Assembly: GCA_965116925.1 (NCBI GenBank)
Contig: OZ220744.1
Location: 3,136,001-3,200,000 of the forward strand
DNA from: Candidatus Poribacteria bacterium
GTDB lineage: Bacteria; Poribacteria; WGA-4E; PCPOR2b
Reading direction: 5' to 3'
Length of the DNA: 64,000 nucleotides
This document shows, one piece after another, positions 30,281-39,390 of this stretch. Within the stretch, counting starts at the first letter, position 1, and each line of letters starts with the position of its first letter. The notes under the pieces were generated by a model, which was not told the origin of the DNA, did not search any database, and saw nothing but the letters and a program-made list of their open reading frames with translations. Position numbers and translations under genes: made by a program.

Positions 30281-30614
30281 GATCCAGTCCACCCTCGTAG
30301 GTCGGGCATCTTGCCCGACCATAGCCCCAGCGATACAACAATCTATGCAATTTTCTCGTTTCTCGCTCCAGCGGAGCGATAGGTCTATAGCCCGACAATA
30401 GTTCCAATCCACGCGCTCCAGCGGAGCGCAATGTGCATCAAGACCGAGATCCAGTCCACCCTCGTAGGTCGGGCATCTTGCCCGACCATAGCCCCAGCGA
30501 TACAACAATCTATGCAATTTTCTCGTTTCTCGCTCCAGCGGAGCGATAGGTCTATAGCCCGACGATAGTTCCAATCCACGCGCTCCAGCGGAGCGCAATG
30601 TGCATCAAGACCGA
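30281..30614. repeat. Near-perfect tandem duplication of a 167-bp REP cassette
   Basis: Units 30281-30447 and 30448-30614; I see one difference (CAATA/CGATA). Confidence 0.92.
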
Positions 30615-30660
30615 TTCCTCCTGAAAATCCTGATTCAGACAATAAGCAAGGAGACCTTCT

Positions 30661-32418
30661 TTGAAAACGAGTATTGATCAACAGGCCAATTTACAACGAA
30701 TCCTTGTAGTATGGATTTCCGCAATTCTATTAATTCAAGGGGTGTGCATTCCCACACCTATCCGCGCCCAACCTTCAAATGCTCCCGTTATCTTCAAAGA
30801 TGTCACAGAGGCATCGGGGGTTAATTTTGTCCACTCCTTTGGGAAACGCTCATCCCTACTCCCCGAAGATGTCGGTTCGGGCGCAGCCTTCGCCGACTAC
30901 AATAATGACGGGCACATCGACCTGTATGTAGTCAACAACCCCGGTCCACTCGATACGGAAATCACGGAAGCATCGCCGGGAAATGTGTTATATCGCAACA
31001 ACGGCGATGGCACGTTTACCGATGTCACCGCGGAGGCGGGGGTTGGTGATCGTGGCTACGGTATGGGCTGCGTCTTCGGCGATTATGACAACGACGGAGA
31101 TCTGGATCTCTATGTCACGAACTATGAGCAAAATGTATTGTATCGCAACAACGGCGATGGTACGTTTGCCGATGTCACCGACAAAGCGGGTGTCGGCAAT
31201 GCGCGATGGGGAACAGGGGCAGCCTTCGGCGATTATGATAATGACGGGGATCTGGATCTCTATGTCCCCAACTATATCGAACACGACCTCGACAAATTAG
31301 CACAAGACCAAAAGACATCAATGCAGTACGGGCAGTCTGTGCCGCGTATATTGAATCCCCACTCCTTCGAGCCGCAGGACAATGTAATGTATCGCAACAA
31401 CGGAGATGGCACCTTCACCGATGTCACCGCAGAATTGGGCGTCGAATCCCCCGGCGGACGCAGCCTACAAGCGATCTTCACAGACTTTGATCTGGACGGC
31501 GATCTGGAACTCTACGTTGCCAATGACCTGTCACCCAACTTCCTCTATCGCAACAACGGCGATGGCACATTCACAGACATAAGCGATGCGTCGTGGGCGG
31601 CAGATTTTCGAGGTTCAATGGGGCTTGCAACCGGCGACTACGATGGCGATGGCGATCTCGACCTCTTTATGAGCCACTGGATCGAGCAGGAAAACGCACT
31701 ATACAGCAACATGTGGCAAGAAGAAGGAACGATGGGCGGAGAATCCCCGAAAGCGGGGGAAACGCGCCCCATCCACCTCGTTGATGACTCCTACGGCGCA
31801 TCGCTCGGTGAAGAAAGCCTTAAATATGTGGGGTGGGGGACGGATCTATTCGACTACGATAACGATGGCGACCTTGATATTTTTGTCGCCAACGGTCACA
31901 CCTTCCAATATCTCGACAATTACGACCTGCTTATCCCCCAGAAGGATCAGTTTTTTCGTTACGAAGGCGATGGAATCTTTGCCGATGTGTCTGCAGCGAC
32001 CGGTATTGCTGCGATGCCGTACCGAGTGGGACGCGGCACCGCTTTTGGGGACTACGACAACGATGGCGATGTCGATATCTTTATCGTCAACAACCACGGT
32101 CCCGCAGTTTTACTCCGAAACGAAGGGGGCAATCGCAACAACTATCTGCACATCAAACTCATTGGCACGAAAGGCAACCGTGACGCCGTCGGGGCAAGGA
32201 TTCGACTCAAGGCGGGAGATCACATACAGCTGCGCGAAATCAACGCCGGCGCAAGCTATCTCTCCTTCAACAGCTTAACCGCTGAGTTCGGACTCGCACA
32301 AGAAACTACAGTCGATTGGATTGAAGTAATCTGGTTGGGCGGGGATACCGAACGCTTCACCGGTATGGGTGTAAATCAGCGGGTGGTCCTAACGGAGGGA
32401 AGCGGAACTCCAAAATAA
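30661..32418 (+). CDS. CRTAC1/ASPIC-UnbV family protein with FG-GAP repeats
   Basis: Repeated DYDNDGDLDLYV and LYRNNGDGTFTDVT; C-terminal NRDAVGAR..FGL..W. Confidence 0.93.
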   Translation: MKTSIDQQANLQRILVVWISAILLIQGVCIPTPIRAQPSNAPVIFKDVTEASGVNFVHSFGKRSSLLPEDVGSGAAFADYNNDGHIDLYVVNNPGPLDTEITEASPGNVLYRNNGDGTFTDVTAEAGVGDRGYGMGCVFGDYDNDGDLDLYVTNYEQNVLYRNNGDGTFADVTDKAGVGNARWGTGAAFGDYDNDGDLDLYVPNYIEHDLDKLAQDQKTSMQYGQSVPRILNPHSFEPQDNVMYRNNGDGTFTDVTAELGVESPGGRSLQAIFTDFDLDGDLELYVANDLSPNFLYRNNGDGTFTDISDASWAADFRGSMGLATGDYDGDGDLDLFMSHWIEQENALYSNMWQEEGTMGGESPKAGETRPIHLVDDSYGASLGEESLKYVGWGTDLFDYDNDGDLDIFVANGHTFQYLDNYDLLIPQKDQFFRYEGDGIFADVSAATGIAAMPYRVGRGTAFGDYDNDGDVDIFIVNNHGPAVLLRNEGGNRNNYLHIKLIGTKGNRDAVGARIRLKAGDHIQLREINAGASYLSFNSLTAEFGLAQETTVDWIEVIWLGGDTERFTGMGVNQRVVLTEGSGTPK

Positions 32419-32584
32419 TGCTAGATAGCGATAATTCTGCTACTCCTATCTCACTCCAGAGGAGTCCGTAGGTTGGGTTGAACGGAATTAATGAAAAATG
32501 CCACACATGACAATTGAGGTTAGAGGAGCTGTTCCGGTTGAAAGTTCATAAGTGGAGTAAAACCCAACATTTGATCTACTAGTC

Positions 32585-34801
32585 CTACCTCCCGCGCTCC
32601 CGCCGCCAGATCGTCACCACAGCTGGAATCGTTCCAACAATCAGAAACCCGATAACACCCCAAACGGGCCAAAGGACCGGCTCATTCCACGCTTCCTGCC
32701 GCCGAGCGCGCAATGTACTGTCAATCCGTTTATATTTGAGAGTATTATAGCCGGTGGTATTGGGTTTCCCATTTTTCAACCATTCGTGATAAAGGCTAAA
32801 ATTGACACGGTGATAAGCAAATACCCAAGGCGCGTCGCGTTGCAGGATTGATTTCATCTTTCGGATAATCTGGAGCCGTTCAGGCGAGTTGTCCATGTTT
32901 TGCACCTGATCAAACAGCCGATTGAATTCCGGATTATCGTAATTGGCGACATTCTCCCCATCAAATTTGAGTTTACTATTCGGTCCGTAGAGCAGAAAGA
33001 GGAAGTTCTCTGGATCTGGATAGTCCGCATGCCAACCCCACATCAGGATCTGAGAGCTGCCATTTCGCACCTTGTCTCGAAAACGGTTATAGTCCGTTGT
33101 TCGGACTTCCAACGTAATACCGATCAGCTCAAACCGCTTACGCACCCAATTCAGGAAAGAGGTCGCTTGCGGTCCCGTTCGGTAGTTGTCAAAATAAAGA
33201 ACGAGCGGATTGCCATCTCTGTCCTGACCGCCGGGGAATCCCGCTTCAGCGAGGAGTTGACGCGCCTCCTCCAACGATTTGCGAGTTGCCCCCTGTTCCG
33301 CATCCCAGCTATAGACATACGGGTTGATGCCGATCTCGCCCTCCTCATATCCGAAGATACCGGGCGGAATCGGGTTATGTGAAGGGATACCGCGTCCGTT
33401 GAGAAAAATTTCGATATATTCCTCATAGTCCAGCGCAATCGAGATTGCCTGACGGAGTTTCCGACGATCTTCGGTGTAGCCACCAACCACATCGTCAAGC
33501 ATATTGAAAGCGAGATATATTGTGGTCACATCCACATTTGTTTGTAGTAGGATGTTGCGCGCTTTCAACAGTTCGCTCGTCCGTGGGTCACCCGTATCGG
33601 AGAACGTGATCGCCTGATCAAAGGTATCCGAGGAGATGCCGGATACATCGTAATACCCTTGCAGAAATTTAGCCCAGCGGGGGATATACTCCTTTTCCAG
33701 CTTGTAGACCGCTCTGGGAATCAGCGGCAATTTTGCACCTGCATCGACGAGTAATCCCGCTTCCCTATCACCGACTTCGCCTTCTGTGGGGTATAATTCA
33801 GTGTGAAAATTCTCATTACGGACGAGAACAATCTCCTTGTGTGGCTTAAAGGTATCAAGGCGATAGGGACCCGTCCCGATCGGAAATCGATCTATTGTGA
33901 TGTTCCGATCCTTCAGCGCGGTCTGCCCATAAAAGTCGATGACCTCCTTGGGCATCGGTGCAAAGAAAGGCATCGCCAGCCAGTAAATAAATTGTGGATA
34001 TTTGGTTTTGAGAATGATTTGGTAGGTGTAACGGTCAATGACCTTGACTCCCGGAAATGGGAAGGCATCTATATCTAAGGCGATAGGATTCTCGCGCTCA
34101 TCGACAGCCTGATTATAGGTAGCACCCGCCGCAGCCCGGCGTTTCTCGCGCGCTGCCGCTAGCGTGTCTCGTAATGCTTGTGCGTATTCTCCCATGCCCA
34201 AAATATAATTATCGAGTAGACTCAAGAGAGGGCAAGCGACCCTCGGATCTGCCAACCGCTTAATCTGGTGGACGTAATCAGCGGCGATTAGCTCCCGTGA
34301 GCCCGTTTCAGGAAAATCGCTCACCTCATAGATTCCTTGTACATCGTCGGCTGTCAACGTATGATAGCGGAAATTGCCCTTTGCGTCCTTCGCAAAGCAC
34401 GGATGGCGTTGATACTCGATTCCGGGACGGATACGAATTTCATATACCGCTTTTGCAACCTGTTCAGGGTGGACGTCACCCGGCAAAGGATTTCCTTCGG
34501 GGTCAAAATAACGCGGTTTCGGCACAGATTCAGCTGTCAATGGGATTAGCTGATATGGCCGCTTGAGGTAATGGTACTGAAGCGGAGGCTCGTAGATCTG
34601 TTGGATAAAGCGGTACTCACCTGAACTGTACGAAACCGCCGGGTCCAGATGTTTCGGCTCCTCCGAAAAAGTGCCATAGTAGATCTCCTGCGTATGCTCT
34701 GATACCGGATAGGGATGATTGGGAATACACCCCGCTCCCCAAAGGACAAGGGCGATGAACCACAGTCGGTTCACGGTGCATGTCAGCTCATATCGCTTCA
34801 T
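32585..34801 (-). CDS. ABC substrate-binding protein family 5 (OppA-like) lipoprotein with C-terminal TM helix
   Basis: Lipobox GAGC, LDPA, PIGTGPY, W.ADYPDPENFL. Confidence 0.88.
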   Translation of the reverse strand: MKRYELTCTVNRLWFIALVLWGAGCIPNHPYPVSEHTQEIYYGTFSEEPKHLDPAVSYSSGEYRFIQQIYEPPLQYHYLKRPYQLIPLTAESVPKPRYFDPEGNPLPGDVHPEQVAKAVYEIRIRPGIEYQRHPCFAKDAKGNFRYHTLTADDVQGIYEVSDFPETGSRELIAADYVHQIKRLADPRVACPLLSLLDNYILGMGEYAQALRDTLAAAREKRRAAAGATYNQAVDERENPIALDIDAFPFPGVKVIDRYTYQIILKTKYPQFIYWLAMPFFAPMPKEVIDFYGQTALKDRNITIDRFPIGTGPYRLDTFKPHKEIVLVRNENFHTELYPTEGEVGDREAGLLVDAGAKLPLIPRAVYKLEKEYIPRWAKFLQGYYDVSGISSDTFDQAITFSDTGDPRTSELLKARNILLQTNVDVTTIYLAFNMLDDVVGGYTEDRRKLRQAISIALDYEEYIEIFLNGRGIPSHNPIPPGIFGYEEGEIGINPYVYSWDAEQGATRKSLEEARQLLAEAGFPGGQDRDGNPLVLYFDNYRTGPQATSFLNWVRKRFELIGITLEVRTTDYNRFRDKVRNGSSQILMWGWHADYPDPENFLFLLYGPNSKLKFDGENVANYDNPEFNRLFDQVQNMDNSPERLQIIRKMKSILQRDAPWVFAYHRVNFSLYHEWLKNGKPNTTGYNTLKYKRIDSTLRARRQEAWNEPVLWPVWGVIGFLIVGTIPAVVTIWRRERGR

Positions 34802-34859
34802 GAAGTTTCTCCATATTGAGTAGGTTCAATGATTTCAGAGGCGGAGGTATTTATTAAAA

Positions 34860-35905
34860 TAACCTAAGTTGCTAGTCGTTGAAAGTCTACCGTTTTTTGC
34901 CGGGGCGGGTCACCCCGACCATCTGGTCGGTCCTTTGTCTTTCGCTCCAGAGGAGCGATATGTCTATAGAACCGCAATAGGGTGGATACCCGCGCTCCAG
35001 AGGAGCGCAATGTGTATAGCCAGGGCCAAGCACTGCCGATAAATTCAGGTCCTAGGAACGGATTGGCGAAGTCGGAACCGAGCGGGTCTTATAACTAGCA
35101 ACTTGCGTTAAAATAGGAGTTACGCACTTCAGATTGTAGTTGCCCGATTCATCGGGCGTATTGTAGTTGCCTGATTTATCAGGCGTATTGTGGTTGCCGG
35201 CGGCGATAAATCGCCGAACTACAAGGCGTTGAGCGTTCAACTGCGTAAGTCCTAAAAGTAACGCAAGTTGCTAGTAGCCAGCATATTCCAACCAATAACC
35301 CCTAATCCCTGTGCAAATTGTATCATTTATGTAGGTCAATTTTCCAAAATCGACGATTGGGTGTCGAGATGTGAATCTCGACCTACTGATAGGTTTCCAA
35401 TAACTAGCAATTTAGGTTAAAAGTATTAGGCACACTCCGTGTGCCGTAACCCATAGTCAGTTGACAGAATATCCGTGGTTGTCGATTGTGTCAATAAAAA
35501 AATAAAACGTTGTTAGTGGCATAGTCGGTAGAGCAAAATCCTAGGGGCATTTATAGTGAATTCAAAAGATAAAGAAACACTTGCGCTCCCCCGGTAGGTG
35601 CGGTTTGTAACCGCACCGGTTTGGCGTGTTTCATTAATTCTAAAATCTACTATAGTTTTAGGTTTTTTAACCGATCTCGGAATGGCCCAAAGTTGTAGGC
35701 GGGGCATCTAGTCTCCCCGCCGTAGTCCCGACCGGGAGATCGAGCTACGGGAGAATTAAATGACCCTAATAAACCTATAGGGTCATTTAGTTTTAGGTTT
35801 TTTGAATGATTTTGAAATGACCCGAACCCGTAGGCGGGGCATCTTGCCCCGCCGTAACTTCGACCGGGAGATTGAACTACGGGAGAATTAAATGACCCTA
35901 ATGAC
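34860..35905. repeat. Mosaic of REP hairpins and MITE-like elements
   Basis: Contains TAACCTAAGTTGCTA, CGCTCCAGAGGAGCG x2, CTAGCAACTTGCGTTA, TAGGAGTTACGCA...TGCGTAAGTCCTA and two TAGGG.CATTTA...TAAATGACCCTA units. Confidence 0.85.
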
Positions 35906-35918
35906 CCTATGAAAATGC

Positions 35919-35947
35919 TTGAATCAATTGATGAATTGTGATATACT
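35919..35947 (+). promoter_or_regulatory. Putative sigma70 promoter upstream of the BMC operon
   Basis: TTGAAT-17-TATACT with extended TG. Confidence 0.45.
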
Positions 35948-35997
35948 GCTATAGTAACTTCAGGATATATGCTTTGACAAGCCGTAAGATACAATAT

Positions 35998-36363
35998 TAG
36001 GACTTATGCACTTCAGCGTTTTGACCTGTCAGGGACCTGCCAAATCCCTGACATTTGGCAAAGTTATGGTGCCATTTCAGTGAAAAACGGTTCATAAATA
36101 GGGCGTATTTGGCAGGGCAAAAAGCCATCTGGGCACACTTTCTGTTGGGTGCTAAAAATCTACAAACGCTCTGAAGCTAGGCCCCATCAGGGTTCAAAGA
36201 GACATCGGCTAATAATGAGCTCCCGATATGAGGTTAAATTTTTTTTTGGACCTGCCAGTGCCCTGCCAAATTACCGAATCGTGTCGGTAGGCCATTGAAA
36301 CGACGGTGTAATCTCCGTTACGCCGAAGGGGTTAGCTTTTACCATTCAACGGCGTAAGTCCTA
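35998..36363. mobile_element. 366-bp MITE-like element
   Basis: TAGGACTTATGCA...GGCGTAAGTCCTA termini, flanks AATAT/AAAAT, internal CCTGCCA(AAT) repeats in both orientations. Confidence 0.7.
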
Positions 36364-36822
36364 AAAATATAACAACCTTGATCAAAAAGTAATCAAATCC
36401 TACGTAGGAATCGCTAGAACATTATAGTAGAAGATAAATGATGAGGGGCTGGCATGTACTGTCAATCAGGAGGTAACTAGGGTCATTTATGGTGAATTCA
36501 AAAAATAAAGAAACACTTGCGCTCCCCGCGTTTGGTAGGCACTGTTTTCAACTGCGCCGATTTGCAGTGTTTCATTAATTCTGAGATCTACTATAGTTTT
36601 CGATTTTAGGTCATGTCCCGTTGTTCGTAGTCGCACATTCTATCCACACCCGGTAGGCGGGGCATCTTGCCCCGCCGTTGGGCGTCGTGCGTTCATTGTA
36701 CATTGTTAAGGTAGGTATGGCTGTCGTCTTTAATCCGTGTAATCCGTTAATCCGTGTTAATCCGCGATTCAGACAATAATATCCAGAGGATTAAATGCTC
36801 CTAGGAGGTAACAATATCGATT

Positions 36823-37155
36823 ATGGCTGGAGAAGCTTTAGGGTTGGTTGAAACGAGAGGATTGGTTGGAAGCATCGAAGCGGCTGACGCAATGGTCAAA
36901 GCGGCAAATGTCCAACTTATCGGCTATGAAAAGATCGGCGGCGGGTATGTTACCGTCATGGTCCGTGGCGATGTCGGTGCTGTCAAAGCAGCCACAGATG
37001 CCGGGGCAGAAGCAGCTGCACGCGTCGGAGAAGTTGTATCGATCCACGTCATCCCACGACCACATGCAGATGTTGAATCGGTTTTACCCGTCCAAGAACA
37101 ATCCGATGACGACGCGTTGACGATTGATATTGCCAACGATGAAGCAGCAAATTGA
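36823..37155 (+). CDS. BMC-H shell protein (EutM/PduA-like) with acidic tail
   Basis: [44 protein letters not shown]. Confidence 0.96.
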   Translation: MAGEALGLVETRGLVGSIEAADAMVKAANVQLIGYEKIGGGYVTVMVRGDVGAVKAATDAGAEAAARVGEVVSIHVIPRPHADVESVLPVQEQSDDDALTIDIANDEAAN

Positions 37156-37176
37156 TAGAGTTAGGAAAGATCGCGG

Positions 37177-37887
37177 ATGAATGACAAGGCACTCATTGAA
37201 TTGGTCACTCATAAAGTGCTTGAACAACTGAAGCAAGATGAAGCACCTTGTGGTGGCTGTGCCTTGCGAACCTGCGGGGCTGGACAGCGTGCCTGTGACG
37301 CTGTCGTTCAGCAGCAGCAAATTCCGGTCGGTGTTTCTGCGCGACATGCACATGTCACTCAAGAACACTTAGAGATTTTGTACGGCGAGGGGCATCAATT
37401 AACAATTCACGCCCCTTTATACCAACCCGGTGCATTCGCAGCGAAGGAGACATTAACCGTCGTTGGACGACGTATGCAAGCAGTTGAGGGGCTTCGGATT
37501 CTCGGTCCCGTGAGAGATTATTCTCAGGTTGAACTTGCACAGACCGATGCGATTCGCTTGGGACTGAATCCACCGATTCGCGATTCGGGTGATCTCGCCG
37601 GTTCCGAGTCGATTGTATTAATCGGTCCCAAAGGATCTATTCACTTGGAAGAAGGTGCAATCTGTGCAACGCGGCATATTCACATGACTCCCCAAGATGC
37701 AGAAAATTGGGGGATACGCGAAGGAGATCTGTTAACAGTTCGCATTCCCGGCGAGCGAGCGTTGACCTTTGAGAACATTCATCCGAAAATATCACCAAGC
37801 TATGTGCCGCAGATGCATCTAGATACAGATGACGCTAACGCTGCCGGTTTGCGAGGGGGAGAAGGCGTCGAGTTGCTGAGAGATTAG
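37177..37887 (+). CDS. pduL: Phosphate propanoyltransferase (PduL) with encapsulation peptide
   Basis: VGVSARHAH, RILGPVR, QVELAQTD, RHIHM, MHLDTDDANA. Confidence 0.92.
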   Translation: MNDKALIELVTHKVLEQLKQDEAPCGGCALRTCGAGQRACDAVVQQQQIPVGVSARHAHVTQEHLEILYGEGHQLTIHAPLYQPGAFAAKETLTVVGRRMQAVEGLRILGPVRDYSQVELAQTDAIRLGLNPPIRDSGDLAGSESIVLIGPKGSIHLEEGAICATRHIHMTPQDAENWGIREGDLLTVRIPGERALTFENIHPKISPSYVPQMHLDTDDANAAGLRGGEGVELLRD

Positions 37888-37897
37888 GGGTAACTAA

Positions 37898-38659
37898 GTG
37901 GAGTTCAGTCCAGAAATCATTCGGCGGATTGAAGCAGAAGTAGCGAAAGCTCTTAAACAACAAGGAGTCGCTTTGACACCTGCCCAATCCGATAAACGGA
38001 TTCTGGCGATATTTGATGCCGCTGAAGTAGATCTCGCACCTGCTCTCGAACAGCTTGATAACTGTATTCAGGGTGGCTATGCCATTACAGCCATTTTGTC
38101 AGATATAGCGGCGAAGATCTTGGATATTTCCCGTATCCGATCCACATGCGGACAAGAACAGGTTTTCATAGCCAGTGAAATTACAAACCTTCAGCCTTTC
38201 GCTGAAGATTTCTCCGCAGTCATTATTCCAACGCTATCGTGCGCGATGGCGGCGAAACTGAGTTTAGGCATGGGGGATACGCCATGCGCTTACCTTGTGT
38301 TCCGAGCAATGCTTCGGGGGAGCAGGGTAATAGTAATGTCTGAGGGCTTTGAAGTCTCAGAGGAGCCTGAAATCCCACCTGAAATTTCAAAGTTAGGGAA
38401 AAATTACATCAAAACTTTGTCAGACTTTGGGGTTCAATTTGTTACCGCCGATCAGCTCGCTGAGACAATTCTAAGCAATGGTACGCAGCGTTTTAACCCA
38501 GCGAACGCAATAGGTGGGCAAAACATTATCACCGCCTCGGTGATTGCTGGGCTTCCACCAAATGTGCGTGAATTTCGTTACACCAATCCAGCGATCATTA
38601 CACCGCTTGCGCGGGATTTAGCAGCCCGAAAGGGCATTCGGCTCGTGGCAATAGATTAA
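37898..38659 (+). CDS. BMC-associated flavoprotein-like protein
   Basis: IIPTLS..AAKLSLG.D HFCD-like motif; C-terminal IITPLARD.A..KGI; N-terminal amphipathic helix. Confidence 0.7.
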   Translation: MEFSPEIIRRIEAEVAKALKQQGVALTPAQSDKRILAIFDAAEVDLAPALEQLDNCIQGGYAITAILSDIAAKILDISRIRSTCGQEQVFIASEITNLQPFAEDFSAVIIPTLSCAMAAKLSLGMGDTPCAYLVFRAMLRGSRVIVMSEGFEVSEEPEIPPEISKLGKNYIKTLSDFGVQFVTADQLAETILSNGTQRFNPANAIGGQNIITASVIAGLPPNVREFRYTNPAIITPLARDLAARKGIRLVAID

Positions 38660-38878
38660 AACCTGCAGGTTCATGTTAAAAAATCACGCAACAAGAACCG
38701 ATTTATAGTAAGTTCTAAGAATAAATAGACATTAAAAGTAGATAGTCTTTTGTACCACAATCTGTTAGATTGTGATCCCCTTTCGCCAACTAACAGTTCG
38801 TGCTACATTTGACGGATTGCCCCCTTGTGCTTTACACTTTCTTTTCACCTGAGCTAATCTGCAAAACCAATACTTGGT

Positions 38879-39041
38879 TAGGAGTTACGCAGTTGAATGC
38901 TCAACGTTTTGTAGTTCGGCGATTTATCGCCTCTGTACACTCGTCCCAACGCCCGATGAATCGGGCAACTACAACAGAGATTCCATAAGGGATTCGTAGG
39001 GAACGCAGATCTGCGTTCCCTACTGAAGTGCGTAAGTCCTA
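38879..39041. mobile_element. MITE-like element with 5-bp target duplication
   Basis: TAGGAGTTACGCA...TGCGTAAGTCCTA flanked by TTGGT on both sides. Confidence 0.82.
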
Positions 39042-39234
39042 TTGGTATCGTTTTTGCCACAGTTGTGTATCTCTATTGCTACGATTTGAACGCAACGGAC
39101 ACCAGATCGTCCTACCACTGTAGGGCAAACAGACCTTAAATCAATTGATAATGAACAAAACGCTTTCACGTTTCACGCATTACGTTTCACGCTTTTACAC
39201 CTTGCACTTTCTTTTGAGATAAGCCAATCAACTA

Positions 39235-39250
39235 TGGCATCTAAATTGCT
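39235..39250 (+). promoter_or_regulatory. Putative sigma54 (-24/-12) promoter
   Basis: TGGCATCTAAATTGCT with exact GG-N10-GC spacing, about 140 bp upstream of ATG 39391. Confidence 0.65.
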
Positions 39251-39390
39251 ACTGATACAGATTACGACGTTCTATTGGTGGATAACGTCAAGTTCGCTCA
39301 TGGACTGTAGTTTCATGGGCGAACTCCTTGCATTGCGCAAGGGAGTCACGAAAATCCGCTTTGCTAGATGCACCTAAAAGGAGAGTTTCC

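Noticed and set aside
29966..30681. Track ORFs with duplicated peptide (MRSAGARGLEL...)
   Set aside because: Translations of the 167-bp tandem repeat, overlapping oppB antisense
30880..32100. Nucleotide repeats TATCGCAACAACGGCGATGG
   Set aside because: Explained by FG-GAP protein repeats in the CRTAC1-like gene
35052..35994. Short ORFs in the intergenic mosaic
   Set aside because: They consist of repeat sequence, with no RBS or protein motifs
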